This document shows positions 58,870-64,000 of a stretch of DNA of 64,000 nt, in pieces. Numbering within the stretch: the stretch's first letter is position 1; every line of letters begins with the position of its first letter. The stretch lies in IMG/VR virus record IMGVR_UViG_3300026549_000002. The stretch is one strand, 5' to 3'. The translations under genes were made by a program, and so were the position numbers. This DNA comes from an uncultured virus (IMG/VR IMGVR_UViG_3300026549_000002) (taxonomy: Duplodnaviria > Heunggongvirae > Uroviricota > Caudoviricetes). The notes under the pieces are model-generated. The model searched no databases. It saw only the letters and a list, made by a program, of their open reading frames with translations, and was not told the origin of the DNA.

Positions 58870-61278
58870 TTACTTTTTCACTATAGCTGCGGCCGCAAGC
58901 GTTCTAGGACCAACCCAACCATCGCCTTGACCTTTGCCAACTTCTTTTTCTTGGAACTGCTTAGTATACTTTAATGTAGTGTCACCATAAATTCCATCAA
59001 CAGTAACAACTGTCTTGCCAAAATACCAATTCAGATATTTCTGCCACAGTTCAACTCTGCTGCCAACTTCACCATAATACATAGTGATAGTAGCATTAAC
59101 TGAAGAATTATATCTATGCACTCTTGGGAATCCTTTATATCTTGCATCAGTTAGTGTAGTAACTCTAATAGAATTATTCCATTTTGTAGAATTTCTAATA
59201 TTATCATCTCCGCTACCAGCTTCAACAATCTTTCCATTGCCAATATATAAAGCTACATGAGTATCTTTACAAAGTACATCGCCAGGTTTTAAACTTGATT
59301 TAGCAGGATGACCAAGATTGGTAAATAAACTAGATTTAGCATATCCACTGTTCTTACCAAAATCCCAAGAACTAGTATTTCTACATAAACTAAGTGCCTT
59401 AGGTACACATCCACCATGTGCCCAAGCTGCACCTACAAATGGATTACAACAATATGTAAACTTAGGATCTAACATATTACGTTTTTGTTTACCATTTGTT
59501 CCACAGAAATAACATCCATTGTGGTGAGCATTAGCATCTTTAGCTTTATTAGTATATCCATAATGGAATCTGTTATCTCCCGCAATCCATTTTGCCCATT
59601 TAATTGTATCTGCAATAACTTGAGCATTAGATTTTCTTACTGTTGTTGTTGGTAATATTCCAGAATATCCTACTTTTTCGACGGGGGCTTGATTCTCCAG
59701 TAATTCATTAACCTTTGCCTGCACTGCATCATAATCATAACCTGCTGCAATAAGTTTTTCTTTTCTAGTTTTACCGCTTCCCCATTTGCCATCTAGAACC
59801 TCCTGTGCAAGTCTTGCAATTAATTCTTCTTTGGCTTTCTTCTTAGCCTTTTCTGCTTCAAGCCTTACTTTTTCATTTGCAATAGCTTTATTAACAGAAG
59901 TTTTTTCATTAGTAGCTGCTTCAAGTAAAGCATCTACTTGAGATTGAATTGCATTATAACCATATTCAGGTTTCTCTAAATTTAATGTTTCAGGTTTCTC
60001 TGATAGCCAATCTCCATCAGCAATTTCTTGTCCTAAAAGTTGTAATAATTTACCTTGTTCTTTAATTCTAACAAGCGCAGCTAAACGAGCTTCTTCAGCT
60101 TCACGTCTTAATTTTTCTTCTTCTTCAGCTTTTTTACGAGCTTCTTCTTCTGCAGCTAATCTAGCTGCCTCTTCTGCTGCCTTAGCCTCTGCTTCAAGAC
60201 GTGCCTGTTCAGCTGCCACCACATTATCTTTAGCTTTCAAGATTTCATTAACTTTAGTTTGAACTGCATCATAATTATATCCTGCATTAGTTAAATTAGT
60301 CTTTCTAGCAGCACCAGAACCCCACTTACCAGCGATTACTTCTTGAGCAACCTCATCAACGGTTTTCTTTTTAACTGCATCACATACAACTTCAATAATA
60401 TGATGTGAATCAATTTTACTAATAATGTAAGAAGTTGTAACACCAACTGCTTTACCATCTACTTTAATGCTTTGTACACTCATGCCGGCACTAGGTTTAA
60501 TGGTAATGATTGCATTTTGTCCCGCCATATAGCGATCACTATAAGTAATTGTACCATTAGTACAAGAGGTAAGAACAATGAATGTATTAACACTAAATAC
60601 ACCATACACTTTTCTATTAGACATATGTGATGATCTTACATTAAGTGCAGCTCTATTAGAACCAGGTTTGTTATTATCATAGATTCCTGCGGCATGACCT
60701 GCGTGATTGAACAGTAAATTACCTTTACTGTCTTTATAAGCATAGGAAGCAGTATGTCCCATAAAACCGATAATGTCACCTTCTTTAATTTTTCCCTCTT
60801 TAACTAACTGTGCCGTAGTTTTTTCAGGATATTTAATACTACTCCAATACTTACCATTAATACTATTCATAGCTTTTATAGATGCGTTATAAAAACTATT
60901 CTGAACAGCTTTGCTATCATTGTTACTACCACTAGAAGTAATTTTATATCCCTCTTTAATTAAGCCACAGCGCATAGCAACTACACTAGGAAATGTAATA
61001 CAAGTTCCATAATCCTTACTTTTATTAATAGTTTTTGGACTCCATTTGTTCCAACTATACTTAGCATTATAAGACCAATTATATTGAGCTTTGCATGCAT
61101 CAAACCAAGGCTTCATAGCTTCTTTGCGGGATTTCATATGCGCAGAGACTTCATTAATTCTTTTTTGAATTATATCATAATTATATCCCGCAGCTTGGAG
61201 TTTCTTTTTCCGTTCATCACCGGAACCCCATTTTCCATCAAATATTTCTAATACAATTTGATCAGTTGTTTTAGCCAT
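58870..61278 (-). CDS. multidomain cell-wall hydrolase: three CW_7 (Cpl-7) repeats, two NlpC/P60-like regions, C-terminal PG-binding domain
   Basis: GKWGSG..RK..L..AGY.YD.VQ x3; LKPGDVL..HVALYIGNGKIVEA; VDGIYG.TT...K.FQ. Confidence 0.75.
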   Translation of the reverse strand: MAKTTDQIVLEIFDGKWGSGDERKKKLQAAGYNYDIIQKRINEVSAHMKSRKEAMKPWFDACKAQYNWSYNAKYSWNKWSPKTINKSKDYGTCITFPSVVAMRCGLIKEGYKITSSGSNNDSKAVQNSFYNASIKAMNSINGKYWSSIKYPEKTTAQLVKEGKIKEGDIIGFMGHTASYAYKDSKGNLLFNHAGHAAGIYDNNKPGSNRAALNVRSSHMSNRKVYGVFSVNTFIVLTSCTNGTITYSDRYMAGQNAIITIKPSAGMSVQSIKVDGKAVGVTTSYIISKIDSHHIIEVVCDAVKKKTVDEVAQEVIAGKWGSGAARKTNLTNAGYNYDAVQTKVNEILKAKDNVVAAEQARLEAEAKAAEEAARLAAEEEARKKAEEEEKLRREAEEARLAALVRIKEQGKLLQLLGQEIADGDWLSEKPETLNLEKPEYGYNAIQSQVDALLEAATNEKTSVNKAIANEKVRLEAEKAKKKAKEELIARLAQEVLDGKWGSGKTRKEKLIAAGYDYDAVQAKVNELLENQAPVEKVGYSGILPTTTVRKSNAQVIADTIKWAKWIAGDNRFHYGYTNKAKDANAHHNGCYFCGTNGKQKRNMLDPKFTYCCNPFVGAAWAHGGCVPKALSLCRNTSSWDFGKNSGYAKSSLFTNLGHPAKSSLKPGDVLCKDTHVALYIGNGKIVEAGSGDDNIRNSTKWNNSIRVTTLTDARYKGFPRVHRYNSSVNATITMYYGEVGSRVELWQKYLNWYFGKTVVTVDGIYGDTTLKYTKQFQEKEVGKGQGDGWVGPRTLAAAAIVKK

Positions 61279-61292
61279 ATTTTTCTCTCCTT

Positions 61293-62855
61293 TTATTTCT
61301 GATTCCAATAGGCAACATAGCATTTATTCATATCTACTCTGCCTTTAATTCCTTTTACAGAACCACTAGAACTATATTGCCATATTCCAAACCAGTTAGG
61401 ATGTTTATGTGTAATTTTTGAATTATACTGTGCAATCCAAAGTGGATAACTTGTATAATTCGCAGTTTTAATATAATTATTAAACCAATTTAAATTAGCA
61501 TAGATTCCAGGCTTGCCGCCAAGAGCCTTCATTTTATTAATAAAAGCAGATGCAGATTGATTTGCATAGCTACTTAATGAACTAGCTTCTAAATCAATAT
61601 ATAATGGCATGTCTGGATTATATTGCTTACAGGCATTATAAAGTCTTTCAGCTTCTTTTTCTGCGGCCGCCTTAGTTTTAGCTCTACTAAAGATATAGGC
61701 ACCAACATGAAGTCCTTGTGCTTTTGCAGCCTTCATATTCTTATCAAATTTACTATCAAGAGTATTTCCATCTGCATATCTAATAATAGCACCATCTACT
61801 CCATCAGCTTTTACTTTTGCCCAATCAATATCTCCTTGCCACACAGAAACATCAATAACTTTATATACAGACTTTGTTGGAGTTGCGGCAGGAGTGCTTG
61901 GCGTCTTATTAGCACTAGAACTACTAGAGCTATTTGTAGCTGGTTTTAAGTCACCATTAAGCCATTTTTGTACAGCTTTTGAAGTATTTGGTCCCCAGTA
62001 TCCATCTGGATTACTTAAACCGAGATATTTCTGAAATGCTTTAATTGTATTTGGGCCAAGTTCACCGTCTGGACCACTTAACTTTAGCATTTTTTGTAAT
62101 GCTTTAATACAATTACTGCCGCCGCTACCATAGGAGATACCACTACTGAATCCACTATGATACTTCTTTAAAGATTTACTTTGTCCACTAATTTTTCCAT
62201 CCTGTGTTGTTCCCATCTTCTTCTGTAAAGCCTTAATGGAAGCTGGACCAAATTTACCATCAACAGTTAACTTACCTGGAGTCGGAGTTGGATCAACAGA
62301 AGGAACTGGAGTATCACCGCCGCCAATACTGCCAGCTGGTGGATTAGCAGTCCAAATCTGCGGAATTAATCCTGCCATAGTAGTTTCATAACAGTACCAA
62401 CCATCATGATGTCTACCGCCTGAATCTTTGCAATAAAAATAGTGTTTTCCATTCTGAACCTTATAATCAACAAAAGCTACATAGTGTCCACCTGTTGTCC
62501 AAGTAACACCGCCTCTGCTACCGCCTCTGAATAGAATAACACCAAATTTATATTTTCTATCTTTTAATGTCTCCCAAACACTTTTCATATTTGGGTGATT
62601 AATAACACTAAAACCATAATGTTGAAGTGTCTTTGTAATTCCTGCCCAAAGAGTTCCTTGATTCCTAATGGCGAATCCTTGATTTACCATATAAGGTCTT
62701 AAATCTTTAGGAGTCCAATTTTTATATTTATCTAATTCTATCATTACATGCAGACAAGCACAACAACCGCATCCGCATCCACCAAATGTAGAACCTTTTG
62801 GATAAGGTAAACTTGCCCATCTAGAATCAGCTTGTCTATAAATATTTTTATTCAT
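61293..62855 (-). CDS. endolysin: C39-like peptidase + PG-binding + GH25 muramidase
   Basis: YRQADSRW..GCG..GGHYV; DGKFGP repeats; IDVSVWQGDIDW..YIDLE..LWIAQY..WQYSS..VDMN. Confidence 0.85.
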   Translation of the reverse strand: MNKNIYRQADSRWASLPYPKGSTFGGCGCGCCACLHVMIELDKYKNWTPKDLRPYMVNQGFAIRNQGTLWAGITKTLQHYGFSVINHPNMKSVWETLKDRKYKFGVILFRGGSRGGVTWTTGGHYVAFVDYKVQNGKHYFYCKDSGGRHHDGWYCYETTMAGLIPQIWTANPPAGSIGGGDTPVPSVDPTPTPGKLTVDGKFGPASIKALQKKMGTTQDGKISGQSKSLKKYHSGFSSGISYGSGGSNCIKALQKMLKLSGPDGELGPNTIKAFQKYLGLSNPDGYWGPNTSKAVQKWLNGDLKPATNSSSSSSANKTPSTPAATPTKSVYKVIDVSVWQGDIDWAKVKADGVDGAIIRYADGNTLDSKFDKNMKAAKAQGLHVGAYIFSRAKTKAAAEKEAERLYNACKQYNPDMPLYIDLEASSLSSYANQSASAFINKMKALGGKPGIYANLNWFNNYIKTANYTSYPLWIAQYNSKITHKHPNWFGIWQYSSSGSVKGIKGRVDMNKCYVAYWNQK

Positions 62856-63147
62856 CTAATACCTCCACTTCTTCAATTATTTCATCACTAAGTGGTGCAG
62901 TATAGAATCTCTCGCCAATATAATCATCTTTTAGTTCTTCTTTAATTTGACGAGTTACACCTGTTCCATGACAGCTAGCTTCAGTAAAGTCTTCGTTGTA
63001 GTAATATCCTACTGCTGCAGCAAGCACCAGGAAGATATAAATAACTATCTTTGCTGAAAATACTATCATAATATCGAACAGAGCAAATCCAGTTAGAACA
63101 AGAGCAAGAATTAGAGCAATCCCTCTAATACGAGTACCTCTATTCAT
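62848..63147 (-). CDS. holin (SPP1-type, tentative)
   Basis: GTRIR start; two TM helices; YYNEDFTEA; directly upstream of endolysin. Confidence 0.7.
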   Translation of the reverse strand: MNRGTRIRGIALILALVLTGFALFDIMIVFSAKIVIYIFLVLAAAVGYYYNEDFTEASCHGTGVTRQIKEELKDDYIGERFYTAPLSDEIIEEVEVLDE

Positions 63148-63209
63148 TTAAACCTCCTAACTAAAATGCGGCCGGTGCTTGGGTTCCGCGCCCGAGCTGC
63201 CGCCGCAAT

Positions 63210-64000
63210 CTATGAGAAGAACAAGAAATCGTTAATATTTCTCTTTTTCCGCTTTCTCATTCTCTCTTCTTCTTTTTTTATGTAATACATTCCATATACA
63301 AAAGCTGAGAATCTATCCTTCTTTATGCTTCTGCTGGACTGTTTTAGAATAATATTAACTCCTTGATTCTCTTCAACTAAATTTAACATTTGCGCTTTGA
63401 GAGCTGTTGTAAGAACAAATGGCATCAACCTTTCATTTCTTTGTTCAGAAGTCATATTCTGACCAAGTTTAGTAGACATTAGTTTAGTTTTAGCTGTTGC
63501 TTCATCTATTAAGAACTGCACCCTGCCGCTACTCATTTGTGTCTGAGTATAACTATAGGCCTCAGTATTAATAGGAGCATTAGCTTTAATTAGATACATA
63601 GCATCTTTTTCTACATCGGGTGCTTTATTTACATCCTTATATTGATTTATAATATCTTCAAAAGTGCCACCCTCTACTCCAAATGGAGGAAGAATATCAC
63701 CATTATCTGGATCAACCTGTGCTTTTGTCATAAAATCAATAAGTCCAACACCTAAACCATTAGCATCTATTGCCATAGTTCTTGCTTTGTATCTATAATA
63801 TAACTTCTTTAAATTAATAGCTTGTTTTTCAAAATCTTCAGCTTCATAGCTGAACATATTTACCAAACTCTTAATTGCAGAGCCTTTTGGTTGTGGTGTA
63901 ACCTTAAAAATACAAGCCTCAGTTGTACATCCTATTCTACCAACGTCCACTCCAATAACATAGAAAGCAGTTTTGCTACTTCTATTGCTATATTCATCTT
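63210..64000 (-). CDS. terminase large subunit, C-terminal nuclease domain (partial)
   Basis: IGVDVGR, IDANGLGVG, KKDRFSAFVYG RNase H-like acidic motifs. Confidence 0.8.
   Translation of the reverse strand, partial: DEYSNRSSKTAFYVIGVDVGRIGCTTEACIFKVTPQPKGSAIKSLVNMFSYEAEDFEKQAINLKKLYYRYKARTMAIDANGLGVGLIDFMTKAQVDPDNGDILPPFGVEGGTFEDIINQYKDVNKAPDVEKDAMYLIKANAPINTEAYSYTQTQMSSGRVQFLIDEATAKTKLMSTKLGQNMTSEQRNERLMPFVLTTALKAQMLNLVEENQGVNIILKQSSRSIKKDRFSAFVYGMYYIKKEEERMRKRKKRNINDFLFFS

Noticed and set aside
1..64000. tRNA, rRNA, CRISPR array, integrase or invertase
   Set aside because: None recognisable by eye; a tRNAscan/HMM search would be needed to exclude divergent cases.

Overview
A 64-kb segment of a large, AT-rich tailed phage, probably infecting an anaerobic Firmicute (inferred from strong GGAGG Shine-Dalgarno sites, SigA-type promoters, class III ribonucleotide reductase and CW_7/GH25 lysins). 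The left arm (+ strand, 1-15.6 kb) is a replication and nucleotide module: primase C-terminus, RecJ, Dda/RecD-like helicase, DnaE-type Pol III alpha, guanylate kinase, nrdD split by two group I introns (one with a TGA-interrupted GIY-YIG endonuclease, one with an intact HNH endonuclease), nrdG and dUTPase. The right arm (- strand, 64-15.6 kb) runs terminase C-terminus, holin, two multidomain lysins, nuclease, portal, protease/scaffold, major capsid, neck, major tail protein, a 2709-aa tape measure, baseplate/tail proteins, a BspA-like LRR protein, two paralogous fibre genes, an XkdW/XkdX-like pair, a six-gene accessory cassette and a RuvC-like resolvase. The most notable observation is a tandem pair of apparently invertible tail-fibre C-terminal switches (19.7-21.7 kb). 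Each fibre gene has an inverted silent alternative C-terminus joined through a shared CAYTAAATAATAA site, and no recombinase is visible in the window. Other observations: a probable -1 frameshift adding an Ig-like domain to the major tail protein, a family of GCGGCGG hairpins just upstream of late-gene ribosome-binding sites, a window-wide excess of GCSGC, and a fixed-spacing motif (GGNCA-N24-WTTTT) that may be a phage promoter. All calls come from motif recognition by eye; no database searches or counts were run.
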